Source: a virus. From it: DNA of 64,000 nucleotides. The notes below the pieces were generated by a model, which saw only the letters and a list, made by a program, of their open reading frames with translations, was not told the origin of the DNA and did no database searches. The DNA is taken from positions 81,205-145,204 of IMG/VR virus record IMGVR_UViG_3300043395_003024; one strand, given 5' to 3'. Shown piece after piece: positions 10,001 through 19,138 of the stretch; the stretch's first letter is position 1, and every line of letters starts with the position of its first letter. A program made the position numbers and the translations under genes.

Positions 10001-13000
10001 CCGCCGAAGCCAAGCAAAAAATTTAAGAGTGCAAAAGAAGCATCTGACCATGGCGCGCGCGAGCGCAGACGGGTAAAAGCCACTCCAGAACAGAAAAAGG
10101 CCATGAAAGAGCTAGGCGATGTAGCCGAATCTGACGTTGGCATGCTCCTTGACCCGGCGACACAGACGCGGGCCGGACGCGCAATGAACAAGAGAAATGC
10201 AAGACTAAAGAGGCTAGGCCTAGAGGTTGACCCAATGTCTTCTGATGAAGCGGACACTGTTCAGCAAGTCGAAAAACTTTTGATACCAACAATGGAGGCG
10301 ATTGATGGAACATCTGTTGCCGACCCGTTTGAAATGGAAGCAATTATTGATTTCGAGGCAGGCGTCTTAAAGGGCAAACTAGATGGAAAAGAAGTTGATG
10401 TTGACAAGTTTGTTTCTGGTCGTGTCATAACTAGTAGAACAAAAAAGACAGACATGCCAGAACGCGGCCGGCGAGATGCAAAAACAGGCCGCACTTCTAG
10501 GCGCGTTGTTGTCCAGGTGAGAGAAGGCGACCGTGGATTATTCCCAGCAACAGGCGGAGAGGGCGAACAGAAGTTCGTTGCCCCGCCAGGACGATTGAGA
10601 ATTATCGGCAGGGACTCCGACGGTACAATCAGGGCAGAAATTTCTTATCAAAAAGATGCTGTTGAAGTTGTCGATGGCATGGCGGATAGCTTGTCAAAGA
10701 ATAAAACTGATGCAATATGGGCTCAGAGCCATGCCAAAAAAATACAGGCAGTTGCAGACAAATATGTTTCAAAGAGACGGGCATCTGGGAAAACGTTCCC
10801 AGGCTCGCGAAGCGACTATGACGACGTAGCTGCAAAATCAACATCTGACGTGCTTGATGACGTCATAGACGCCGGTGGCTCATTTGGAGAAGGCATTGAT
10901 GACCTGCCACCAGATGGGCCGTCAGGACGTTCAGGTTCACTGTCATCTGGCGCCGTAAATGGGAAAAGAAGTGCCCTTGGCGTGCCTGCGACACGACAGC
11001 AACGGACTCAATCACGCGAATCGAGAATGTCTTCCGTTACGAGAAATATTAAAACCGCACTTGGCGGTGGACGTGGCGACGGCAGTATTTCTCGGGGAGA
11101 TATTCACCCAGAAGTTGCTGACCTGATAGCCGGACTCCCCGAAGAGGTTCTCATTTCAAGGGCACAGGCAACCGCATACAGAATGCATGAAGGTTTTGAT
11201 AGAAGAGTCAGAGTGCGCGCGACTGACGCTGACATAGAAAGACTTTCATCAGGCCGCGGAATACGCTCTCCGTTCTCGTCCCCATCAGATGAAACTGCAA
11301 GGGCATCGAGAAGGGCTGAACGCCTAGCCGGTATGCCGCCAGAACAGCGTTCTGCAAGACTTTCTTCTGGTAGGACAATTGATTCAAGCGAAAACCTAGC
11401 CGAACGCAGGCGTCAGGAAAAAGACGTTGCCAAACGCGCCCTGTCCGTCTTTGACGACGTTATCAATAGTGGGCAAAACGTAAACGACATGTCTGATGAC
11501 GAGATATCAAAGAGATTTGGTGGGTCGGTTAAGCGGTCTGCAAGAAAGTCAATCAGCGAAAAAGACTCGAACCTTTATGAGGTTGACGATGTTTCTACTG
11601 CCGTAGCGCTCATGATGCTTGGACACCACGTTGAGGTAAGAGACCAAGATATTCGCCTTACGGAGCAGGCACAAAAAGTCTTTGAAAAAGAGGTTAAATC
11701 AGTAGCTAAAAAGCATATTAAAGAAAACCATCCGCGCTGGAGAGCATTTCAAGAGGAATATGCACTCAAAAACCCAGGACTAGATATCGACAACCCGGAT
11801 GTTAGAAAAGCAATGGAAAGCGAGTACGTAGGCAACTATCAGGCTGACCTATGTTCGCTTTATAACCCTGCGAACAACTTAATGTGCTCTGGCCACATAG
11901 GTATCGACAGAGAAAAAATGCCACAGACAAATGGTCGCTCATCTGGTCAAAATACAAAGGCAATAATGGCCCTTAAAGCTGGCGTGGCTGCAGGAAAATG
12001 GGAGCCATCAAAGGACGGAATAACGAGAAATAGGGAACTTGAAATTGAGTTTGCCGAAGAGCTAGACGCAAAAATAGCAAAAATCAATAGGAAGAGGTCA
12101 CAAGAAATACCACCTAAGGATGCTGTTTCTGATGATGAAATTCCAGGAATTCTTTATGAAATAATTGCAGACAAGCACTCGCTGCGCAATGAGCTAAGTG
12201 GCAAAACGCAGCGCGAACATATGGAAGACTCATTTAGTTTGCTTTCAGATAAAGCAAAGCAGTGGCTATATGAAAATACTGACTGGAACGATACAGAGGT
12301 TAACCTAGAAACGCCATTCATAAATTGGCTCAATGGCGTAATAGATGTTGAGGACCCACAGAATGGTGCGGCAGTTCGATTGAGAAAAGTTGACCCTAGC
12401 GAATATGCACCGTCACAGCAACAACTTGTAGCATCAAAAGTTGACTCAACCGCACAAACAATTCAGGAAACTGCGATAAAAATCGCAGAGCAGATAAGGG
12501 CTGCATCGCCAGGAATATCAGATGAAGAATTTAGAGTAAAGTATTTAGAAGAAATGGGTAAAGAATGGTTCATGCAGCCAATCCTTACAACACGAGATAA
12601 GTACATCTTAGATGGTCACCATAGGTGGGCAGGGATAGTTGTCGGCAATAGGTCTCTGCCGCCTGAGCTTCAAATACCACTTTCTGCTAATGAGGTTCAA
12701 ACAGATATCATCGAGGGACTTACGCTTGGAAAAGTATTCCAGGATGCGTTTGGGATTAAGGAAGCGCGTCTTGGTGCAGAGCTTCGCTGGGATGGAAAAC
12801 AAGAAAACATACCTCAGATATCTCCAGATGAATTTGATGCAATATCTACAGACTTAACTGCAAATGCACCAAGGCTAATCGATGAGAAATATAATCAGGG
12901 AGACTATATCCAGCTCGGGTCAGTAGGACTCCGTAATAATCCAGACTATGCACAAGCAGTTGAGTTCAGACAAAGACTTGCACGTACGCGCGGGCAAAGC

Positions 13001-14482
13001 GATATAGCCGCGGCGCGCGAAAGACAACTTGATGAGGCGATAAGAGCGGCAGATATAGAACGTTCCGGCCGCTTATCAAGTGGCAAGAAAGGTTCGCCTG
13101 GTAGACAGAGCGTTGGACGTTTAGCAAAAATGCGCAAATCTAAGGCTGATAAGCGCAAAATTGAGCGCGAGCGTGAGCTACGTAATCTGTATGGCGAAGA
13201 TGTTGGAGATATAACACGTTATTTCAGTGGAATGCTGTCTCGCGACGATGCTGACCTAATGATTTACAATGATTTTGTTGAGGGCGGCGAAAAAATTGAA
13301 AGAGTGGCCCGCAGATATGAGATATCAACTGATGAAGTAAATAGTGCTATCGAGCGATTTAAAAATCTTGATGCAGAAACACAACAGGAACTACGGGATA
13401 GGGCAATAACACGAAATGGCCCATTACCAACAGAAACATCAGGAAGATTATCGTCTGGGAAAACACTCAACAGGTCGTCTGAACAGTATGCACGTGAATA
13501 CTATTCTCGAATAGGTCTTCCAGAATCCGTAAGCAACGACTCTCTGCCAGTAAGCGGATATCTAGTTCACAAGTCGCATCTTGATGCCAAGAGACAGCAA
13601 ATAATGAATTCAAAGAATGGCAACCTAAGGCCGGATGCTGTTTACGAGATAGGGGACGAAGACGTTGTTGGCGATGGACTGACAGCATTTGGCGACATAG
13701 AAATTGTTCTTAGACCATCAGTATCCGAGAGAACTGCTTATGGTCGCGGCAATTCAATATCGTCTGCTCATCGACCTGTCAAGCTAAACTCCCGCAACAG
13801 AGAAGACGTTGCTGATGCTATATTGAACCCAGACGGCATCAACGGAGATAAGCAGGCGCAGGAAGCGTTCCTGCACATGCTTTCGTCGTCAATAAATAAC
13901 GATTTCTCAAACGTAAACGCGTCAAGAGGCTCGAAAGGAACAATGCCAAGTTCCTTTGACAAGAATCTTCCAGATGGTTCATCAAGAGAGCCGTTTGAAG
14001 CGCAGATACTTGGTGGATTTGACATAAATGAAGTCGAACAAGTCAATATCCCATTCAAGAGGCTTCAGTCTGCTGGCGAAAAAGAAAATATTAGCGATGC
14101 GGTCAACGAGCGGTCAATAGCAGAGAAACTGAGGTCTGCTGGGTTCTCTCCAGAAGAGATTCAATATTTTTACTCAATCGGCGGTGGCAAAAATATCAAC
14201 ACGCAAAGCATGGCAATGCTGCGACAGTACAGAGCATCTCAAAAAATAAAAACAGACATGGCCAGCAAGGGTCTTAATAATGTCAAGTTTGCCCATCCAA
14301 CCGGTTTCAACATAGAAGACCCGCGGTCGCACTCCAAGGCAGCAAGGGGAGGAGAGTCGGTCGAGTCCGTCCTGATTAGGGCTATTGGGGATGAAATAGT
14401 CGAAGCTGCGAAAGACATGATGAAAGAAATGAAAAACAGCCGTAAGCCGCAAATAACGTCAACTTCTGGTGGAATGCTATGA
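7007..14482 (+). CDS. Giant multidomain protein, 2491 aa: RCPxG..FTD motif, HExxH zincin, degenerate ART-like segment, ParB/Srx-like domain, DUF3626-like C-terminus; 5 LSSG motifs
   Basis: HESAH at 8813 with downstream EASAELW; PSQQQL..PILTTRDKYILDGHHRW at about 12410-12630; PVSGYL..GDIEIVL..EAQILGG. Confidence 0.75.
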   Translation: MAKTPQTRERVIVSARLIVPTSCCGGFNEKAVRFRTSINSSVSSGRLQAEMATKAITSGFGIRVKAYVDTDNKKREFTGDSRPGVESNEYGYRWEKSATWEPGSRLVISPSFKSREGMGTEPNVGWIKPDKNAPKNFAETLERIRSKPTIKLSKYKVNPKTDEVIPDSEQVIDPFGITAGLSYEEKQKAIQKYKGNLIEKKMLPGRSLESRVPGGSLLSRAAAVFGILRDENNKFRCPPGTPAANQFTDATGSNCFGFSPSRFARFAARQAAKLTAEGEYQGLRNNARSFFNFLYNDQYSAEARGVADPALLGRSVYWDSISGDRFKPPSWREIEVPGNLRMFKNGAVRGQDDIARQKASVARIVESLGIDPADPDASLKAAQALRKMWEDTGGAAGWDLEILNVSGDGAALLDDFEIKQFMEARLQSVPGWGALSKEERDRLLLSDIGRYKETQKAMFDTLLDLFSKDPAGMRSIGRIEYNFFSDDEAGTSLYRDAPKLVQALNPDGTPRLDRDGNPVMRKVPGEMRTAIHINMAEILSNQESMLPDMRPDQRLAISAVGARSEAEGRLAVADFLINADYASRGMAGLLDGVYSFSSHIMLHESAHHKQAQLFQEKIMSEIADKGFITVPVIRDGVKIGERNVDSIYKLSGDDLMAIMTDTADSINLDSLNDAMERIKAIAPLAGSYPRDTYIEGSEVWALEASAELWALRERGIIYGEDIDAALEWMDSASFAAAARERASADDDSAMDSMDDVFRIPTPTTVPDDMPDDVIEETLADRDERLASELREEIKRFKTVFGELPEEEMFDEAAIIASQRDNAKRRLDAVRDFEIDPTLPDDERISLESMKAEAIKDCQRALDYHTKKYDEASKIWRKKYGVGASGEKKRFEDSVREVREREGLLDVGEMEEIARLADLDDLRESVKGMPEKKVIRKLADDEVRLSTMDPASPEARDLAERIDVIKDQHAKNLKEAGDTRSITAVKRDIDKKVKDTISPPPKPSKKFKSAKEASDHGARERRRVKATPEQKKAMKELGDVAESDVGMLLDPATQTRAGRAMNKRNARLKRLGLEVDPMSSDEADTVQQVEKLLIPTMEAIDGTSVADPFEMEAIIDFEAGVLKGKLDGKEVDVDKFVSGRVITSRTKKTDMPERGRRDAKTGRTSRRVVVQVREGDRGLFPATGGEGEQKFVAPPGRLRIIGRDSDGTIRAEISYQKDAVEVVDGMADSLSKNKTDAIWAQSHAKKIQAVADKYVSKRRASGKTFPGSRSDYDDVAAKSTSDVLDDVIDAGGSFGEGIDDLPPDGPSGRSGSLSSGAVNGKRSALGVPATRQQRTQSRESRMSSVTRNIKTALGGGRGDGSISRGDIHPEVADLIAGLPEEVLISRAQATAYRMHEGFDRRVRVRATDADIERLSSGRGIRSPFSSPSDETARASRRAERLAGMPPEQRSARLSSGRTIDSSENLAERRRQEKDVAKRALSVFDDVINSGQNVNDMSDDEISKRFGGSVKRSARKSISEKDSNLYEVDDVSTAVALMMLGHHVEVRDQDIRLTEQAQKVFEKEVKSVAKKHIKENHPRWRAFQEEYALKNPGLDIDNPDVRKAMESEYVGNYQADLCSLYNPANNLMCSGHIGIDREKMPQTNGRSSGQNTKAIMALKAGVAAGKWEPSKDGITRNRELEIEFAEELDAKIAKINRKRSQEIPPKDAVSDDEIPGILYEIIADKHSLRNELSGKTQREHMEDSFSLLSDKAKQWLYENTDWNDTEVNLETPFINWLNGVIDVEDPQNGAAVRLRKVDPSEYAPSQQQLVASKVDSTAQTIQETAIKIAEQIRAASPGISDEEFRVKYLEEMGKEWFMQPILTTRDKYILDGHHRWAGIVVGNRSLPPELQIPLSANEVQTDIIEGLTLGKVFQDAFGIKEARLGAELRWDGKQENIPQISPDEFDAISTDLTANAPRLIDEKYNQGDYIQLGSVGLRNNPDYAQAVEFRQRLARTRGQSDIAAARERQLDEAIRAADIERSGRLSSGKKGSPGRQSVGRLAKMRKSKADKRKIERERELRNLYGEDVGDITRYFSGMLSRDDADLMIYNDFVEGGEKIERVARRYEISTDEVNSAIERFKNLDAETQQELRDRAITRNGPLPTETSGRLSSGKTLNRSSEQYAREYYSRIGLPESVSNDSLPVSGYLVHKSHLDAKRQQIMNSKNGNLRPDAVYEIGDEDVVGDGLTAFGDIEIVLRPSVSERTAYGRGNSISSAHRPVKLNSRNREDVADAILNPDGINGDKQAQEAFLHMLSSSINNDFSNVNASRGSKGTMPSSFDKNLPDGSSREPFEAQILGGFDINEVEQVNIPFKRLQSAGEKENISDAVNERSIAEKLRSAGFSPEEIQYFYSIGGGKNINTQSMAMLRQYRASQKIKTDMASKGLNNVKFAHPTGFNIEDPRSHSKAARGGESVESVLIRAIGDEIVEAAKDMMKEMKNSRKPQITSTSGGML

Positions 14483-14994
14483 AGTCAATACTCGTAGGTC
14501 TCCTCAATGACAGCAGGGTCTACTACAACGCTGAGGCAAAGCCCGGGGAAAAAGACGCAATAATAGAAAAACCAGATGGGACTACTATCAAGGGGTACAT
14601 AATGAGCATTTCAACAACTGCTCGTGACTTCAGGAAGCTTCGTTCAACGCCATTTCAGAGATTTCTATGGGACGCGCCCAAGGACCCGACGTCTGGAGCG
14701 TGGTATGAAACTTTTATTGAAAAAACACGCCCAATAAAAGACTCAATGCTTGACAAGATGCCAGCCAAAAAGTCTGTTGGCAAAAACAAGAAAAAGATTG
14801 ACAAAACTGAAAGGGCTGTCAAATCATTCATTGATAGAGACATCGAACAGAAAATGCTGACGAGCTCATGTTGCGATGAAATGATAAAGTTAGATGTCAA
14901 TATATATAAATTCAAAACGCTGGAAGAGCGTGATTTTGCATGGAAAGCCATGCTTCTTCTTCGCGAACTAGAGGAGAACAATAGTGTCAACTGA
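14479..14994 (+). CDS. Hypothetical protein, head cluster
   Basis: 171 aa ORF, ATGA-coupled to the upstream gene. Confidence 0.7.
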   Translation: MKSILVGLLNDSRVYYNAEAKPGEKDAIIEKPDGTTIKGYIMSISTTARDFRKLRSTPFQRFLWDAPKDPTSGAWYETFIEKTRPIKDSMLDKMPAKKSVGKNKKKIDKTERAVKSFIDRDIEQKMLTSSCCDEMIKLDVNIYKFKTLEERDFAWKAMLLLRELEENNSVN

Positions 14995-15637
14995 TGATTT
15001 TATAAAAGCGGACCCGCTTGGTGGGTTACTTCCTCAAGAGTTAATCACTGGCGACATACTTAAGGGCAGAGGACCGCGACGCGGCAATCTCGAGCGCCTA
15101 CTCCGTTATTGGCGTCCAATAATGAAAAAGCCCGGCGGCTTTCGGCGTTGCAGGCTTATTCTTGCAAACCACCCAGAGCTTTATCCATTAAGCAACATCT
15201 GCGCATGGCTGCACCATGAGACAACCGGCCTTTGGCCAAATGAGGGGTGCCATCACCCTACAATGAAGAATTGCAGAAAAAAGCTGCGCAAGCTAATGAA
15301 CTGGAACGATTCACAGTTTGCCAGAGCCCTGGCTGGCAAGAAGCCAAAGAACACAATTCGTTCCGCTGGTAAATCAATAGAGAACGGATACTCTGACGTT
15401 TTCTTTTACGAATATCCGGACATGGATGTCAAGTCGGACGATAACTACGTCGTAACTGAAGAAGACATAAATCACGCAATAAAGGTTCTTGGTGAATTCT
15501 GCGAGATGGAGCCAGATTTTACAAAATTCCTACAAAACGACGAAAACTGGCAAGTTGAGGGCGAAGACGCGACGGGCCAGAAGGTTTATTCCGTATATGT
15601 GAGCACAAAATCAATAGAAGATGAATGCTGTGGATGA
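14984..15637 (+). CDS. Hypothetical head-associated protein
   Basis: 217 aa; RLLRYW..PGGFRRC..CAWLHHETTGLWP resembles a motif in actinophage head-module proteins. Confidence 0.7.
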   Translation: MSTDDFIKADPLGGLLPQELITGDILKGRGPRRGNLERLLRYWRPIMKKPGGFRRCRLILANHPELYPLSNICAWLHHETTGLWPNEGCHHPTMKNCRKKLRKLMNWNDSQFARALAGKKPKNTIRSAGKSIENGYSDVFFYEYPDMDVKSDDNYVVTEEDINHAIKVLGEFCEMEPDFTKFLQNDENWQVEGEDATGQKVYSVYVSTKSIEDECCG

Positions 15638-17654
15638 TTTTGGACAGTGCTGTGGGGATAGTGAAGTTCTCGTAACGCGAGTACTTCTTTTTAACCCTGC
15701 ACAAAAACAAAACATTGACCACATACGCGGCATTAAGGCATTTTCTCAAGAAGCTACCGACTATAAGGCTCTTTCAAAGCGGTTCGGCAACACCAGGCGC
15801 ACACAGCGAAATGACGTTACGAATGGTATGCAGTTCAAGGCAAATGCAGCGCGTCAAATAGGGAGCACGGTCCTTAGCACAATACTTCCGGGAGATACTG
15901 GACCACTTCGGTCTCCAGTTCGCTCTGCATTTTACCGAACAGTAACTCCTGGATTTGGTGGCGGACGGCGCGGTGGTTCTCTTCCTGGTCAGAATAGGGC
16001 AGCAAGATGTCCCGAGGGCTACCAATTTGGTGGCCGATTTACCGACAACCGCCTGTCAACATGCGGCGCAAAATTGTTTGACATACCGTCAGTTCTTGGG
16101 CTAGCAATCGGAGCAGCAAGACGAGCACTTACATCTGGGATATCTCCACAAACTCGCGGAAGAGATATCACCGGAGCCCCATACGATAGCTCGATAATTC
16201 TTTCAAGGGCTCCGCAAATCCCGAAGGTCACATCGGGAAATCCAAGACTTGCCGCTGGAAGAGTCACCGATGAAATAAATGCCATAGGAAAATTCAATAA
16301 AGAATCTGGCATCAAAGCAAGAAGGATGGTTCGACGAGACGGATTTGTCCTGGAACCAGTAGTTCCAAACAAGGTTCTCCGCGCAATACCTGACAACAGA
16401 GATATGGAGGGCGCGTCATTCCTTATGTCTGCGCTATCCCCCAGGGATATTGGCGGTGAAGAGTTAGGGCTCTTGTCAAACACTGGCGTGAAGTCACTTA
16501 TTTACGTCCTTCCAGGAGGTTCGTCTATCACGCTAGAAAAAGCAAGACCATTGGAAATAGGCGAAAGACGCAAGCTTGGACGCGTCGTTAACCAGGTTGT
16601 GTCAATTGACAATTCACGTGACCCCTCAAAACGTCTCCGTTTCGTGGCTGATGAAATTGGAACCGGCCTTAAGTACTCAGAAAACTTCAAGGGCGTGAAG
16701 AATCCCAACGAAATAATCAAGGGAAGAATTAGTTGGGCCTCCCAGGTATGGGGCGGAAGACTTGCTTCTCAGCCAGAATCTTCGTCAATAAGAAACACGG
16801 AAACATTTGGGCCACGTCGCAAACTGATAAAGAGTGTTGATGAGGCGGTGCAGTTCCTGGTCGATGGTGGGAGCATGTCTGCAATTGACCCATCAATAAT
16901 GCCGAAAGTATTAGCTAAATCTGGTGTAATCCAAAAACAGAGGATGGCTAACAACATCACCGCAATCGCTACGCCATCAGAAAACCTGTTTCTATATGAA
17001 AAGCCAAAAACGTTTCAGCACATTGGCGAAAGATTTGCCTCAGACGTTCAGCAGGCACTGGGGCTCGAGTCTCCTGACGTTATTTTTGCTGGTAAACCCG
17101 GAGACACTAGGCAGTTCCTACGGCAAGAAGTTACATCTGCAATACCTGGTAGTAACTTCAACCCGGATGCAAAATTCAACGAGCTGGAGCCACGTGATGT
17201 GGCAGCGATGCTCGTATCGGATTTCTTAACCGACCAGCGTGAGCGCCCAATGACGTCAATATATACGCTTGACACTCCAGATGCTCGACGTCTGGTTCTT
17301 GGACAGAATTCAACTTCTGGATTAATTGATTTATCAAAGATTGAAATTACCAAGAGAATGAAGCTGAGCCTTGAAGAGTTTTATTCATCGCAATTAACGC
17401 CGTCTTACTCTGATTATTATCAGGCCCTTAAGGCCGAGCAGCGCATTATTTTTATGAAATACCTCTCGGAAATGATTAATCGCGCAAGAAAGTTTAACCC
17501 AAATAACTTTAAAGACTCACTCAACCAGTATGGATTGTCCGAAGGTGAAAAAATCCATCTAAATATTCTTGGCAAACTTTTTGAGTCGCGCCTTGAAGTT
17601 CTAAAGATTCAAAAAAATACTCTAAGGAAGATAGTTACTGGAGCTTCGCAATGA
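15621..17654 (+). CDS. Head-associated protein with RCPEGYQFGGRFTD motif and a C-terminal degenerate HipA/PI3K-like kinase fold
   Basis: ERFASDVQQALGLESPDV and SDFLTDQRER resemble the E..A...LG...P and D.l..n.DR motifs. Confidence 0.55.
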   Translation: MNAVDDFGQCCGDSEVLVTRVLLFNPAQKQNIDHIRGIKAFSQEATDYKALSKRFGNTRRTQRNDVTNGMQFKANAARQIGSTVLSTILPGDTGPLRSPVRSAFYRTVTPGFGGGRRGGSLPGQNRAARCPEGYQFGGRFTDNRLSTCGAKLFDIPSVLGLAIGAARRALTSGISPQTRGRDITGAPYDSSIILSRAPQIPKVTSGNPRLAAGRVTDEINAIGKFNKESGIKARRMVRRDGFVLEPVVPNKVLRAIPDNRDMEGASFLMSALSPRDIGGEELGLLSNTGVKSLIYVLPGGSSITLEKARPLEIGERRKLGRVVNQVVSIDNSRDPSKRLRFVADEIGTGLKYSENFKGVKNPNEIIKGRISWASQVWGGRLASQPESSSIRNTETFGPRRKLIKSVDEAVQFLVDGGSMSAIDPSIMPKVLAKSGVIQKQRMANNITAIATPSENLFLYEKPKTFQHIGERFASDVQQALGLESPDVIFAGKPGDTRQFLRQEVTSAIPGSNFNPDAKFNELEPRDVAAMLVSDFLTDQRERPMTSIYTLDTPDARRLVLGQNSTSGLIDLSKIEITKRMKLSLEEFYSSQLTPSYSDYYQALKAEQRIIFMKYLSEMINRARKFNPNNFKDSLNQYGLSEGEKIHLNILGKLFESRLEVLKIQKNTLRKIVTGASQ

Positions 17655-18331
17655 AAATAGGTTTTATCAAAAATGCATTCGGCAACATGCCGCATGCTGT
17701 GGCGACAGAGGCCGATGGGAAGATTGAAGTAAAGTCAATAACTGAATTTGGCAAGTCAATAATCAACAATTTTGATTTTGATAAAGACAACATATCGAGT
17801 ACTTTGCCGGAAGGATTCGTGTTTACGGGCTTTACGGAAAAAGCCATTCCAGCAGAATTTGAACAATCGCCAGACCATGTCAAAACAAAATCACTTGCAT
17901 ATTCCTGTTCATTTACTGCAGAGCAAATCGGCAAAAAATCAGCAGTTTCTAACATTTCAATCAACAAATTTACAAACAGCGCCGACAAATTAAATGCAAT
18001 TTCATTTAAGGCATCAGCCTTTAAGTCATCAAGCAGACGTGGGGAATTTTTGGCCAGAATAAGTTCTAAAAAAATCTTGTTCGACCAGAGGCTTGCGCGT
18101 GTTTCTAATAACCCCAAATTTGCATTCAGCCATCTGGAAGAAGAGGGTTTAAAGAGTTATTTCAGTGACGGGTTCATGAGAAAGACTGCTCAAAAAACAA
18201 CGCTGAATCGCCGTGCGGCTAGGCGTGCTCGCGTTCTTTCGAGTATGAACGAAGAAGAAAAATCAAAGCCAAAGAAAAACATACTTTCACGTATTAACAC
18301 AGCTCGTAAGGATGTTAAAAATGGCCGCTAA
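17651..18331 (+). CDS. Hypothetical protein, head cluster
   Basis: 226 aa ORF, ATGA-coupled. Confidence 0.65.
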   Translation: MKIGFIKNAFGNMPHAVATEADGKIEVKSITEFGKSIINNFDFDKDNISSTLPEGFVFTGFTEKAIPAEFEQSPDHVKTKSLAYSCSFTAEQIGKKSAVSNISINKFTNSADKLNAISFKASAFKSSSRRGEFLARISSKKILFDQRLARVSNNPKFAFSHLEEEGLKSYFSDGFMRKTAQKTTLNRRAARRARVLSSMNEEEKSKPKKNILSRINTARKDVKNGR

Positions 18332-18977
18332 AAAAGAAGCAGTTAAAAAAGCAGATGCGCTGCGTCTAGCGAAGGAAATTGGATGCTCTGGTGCGCACAA
18401 AGATAAAAAGGGAAATTGGATGCCATGCGCATCTATGGAAGAGCTTGAAAGAATATCTAATGTTGCGGAAACATCAAAGTGGCGCAGTGTTGTACCTGGG
18501 TACAAATCGTCAAAGGTAAGAACAAAGGGCAAAAACAAAAGGCGTCGTGATGATTGGGAAAACCTCAGGGAGGCACCAATCAGAGGTATTGCAACCCTGG
18601 AGGACGGAAGCATAGTTTCTTCACCATCTCTAAGTGGTAAATCACTTGACTGCTGTGGAACAAAGGGGATTGGTCCTGAATTCGTGAGGGACAATGACCC
18701 TGACGTGTTCATGGACGCTGAATCCGCGAGATTTAGGTCTCGGCAGCTTGGGTGCATAGGCATAAGCAGGCGAGTCAGCAAATCTGGAAGAACCGTCTGG
18801 ATGCCATGCACCAATATGAGCGACTACGCAAATAGGGCGGGGTCTACTGATTTAGGCCGCAGAAATATGAATAAGCGGCGTGAAAACGAGACTAGACAGG
18901 CCGTGCGTACAGTCCTGCGCGAAAAGCCAAAAGCAACTCTTAAAAGAAAAACATCTCTTGCCAAAGAGCTGCTTTAA
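18312..18977 (+). CDS. Basic protein with two GCxG...WMPC repeats
   Basis: EIGCSGAHKDKKGNWMPC and QLGCIGISRRVSKSGRTVWMPC; true start may be 18321. Confidence 0.7.
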   Translation: MLKMAAKKEAVKKADALRLAKEIGCSGAHKDKKGNWMPCASMEELERISNVAETSKWRSVVPGYKSSKVRTKGKNKRRRDDWENLREAPIRGIATLEDGSIVSSPSLSGKSLDCCGTKGIGPEFVRDNDPDVFMDAESARFRSRQLGCIGISRRVSKSGRTVWMPCTNMSDYANRAGSTDLGRRNMNKRRENETRQAVRTVLREKPKATLKRKTSLAKELL

Positions 18978-18991
18978 TTAAGCAAATATCT

Positions 18992-19043
18992 ATTTACACA
19001 CTTTAGTTTCAAAATCTTATTAGTTCCACTAAAGAGTGTAAAT
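18992..19043. repeat. 16-bp inverted repeat (1 mismatch, 20-nt spacer) upstream of the capsid gene
   Basis: ATTTACACACTTTAGT (18992-19007) / ACTAAAGAGTGTAAAT (19028-19043). Confidence 0.7.
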
Positions 19044-19138
19044 CATCTGTTATTTTTATTTATACGTAGGGCTGGGTGCTGACCTAAGCCATTGCTAACC
19101 CAACAACCCAAATCACTTTCACAAACAAGGAGAAAGTA

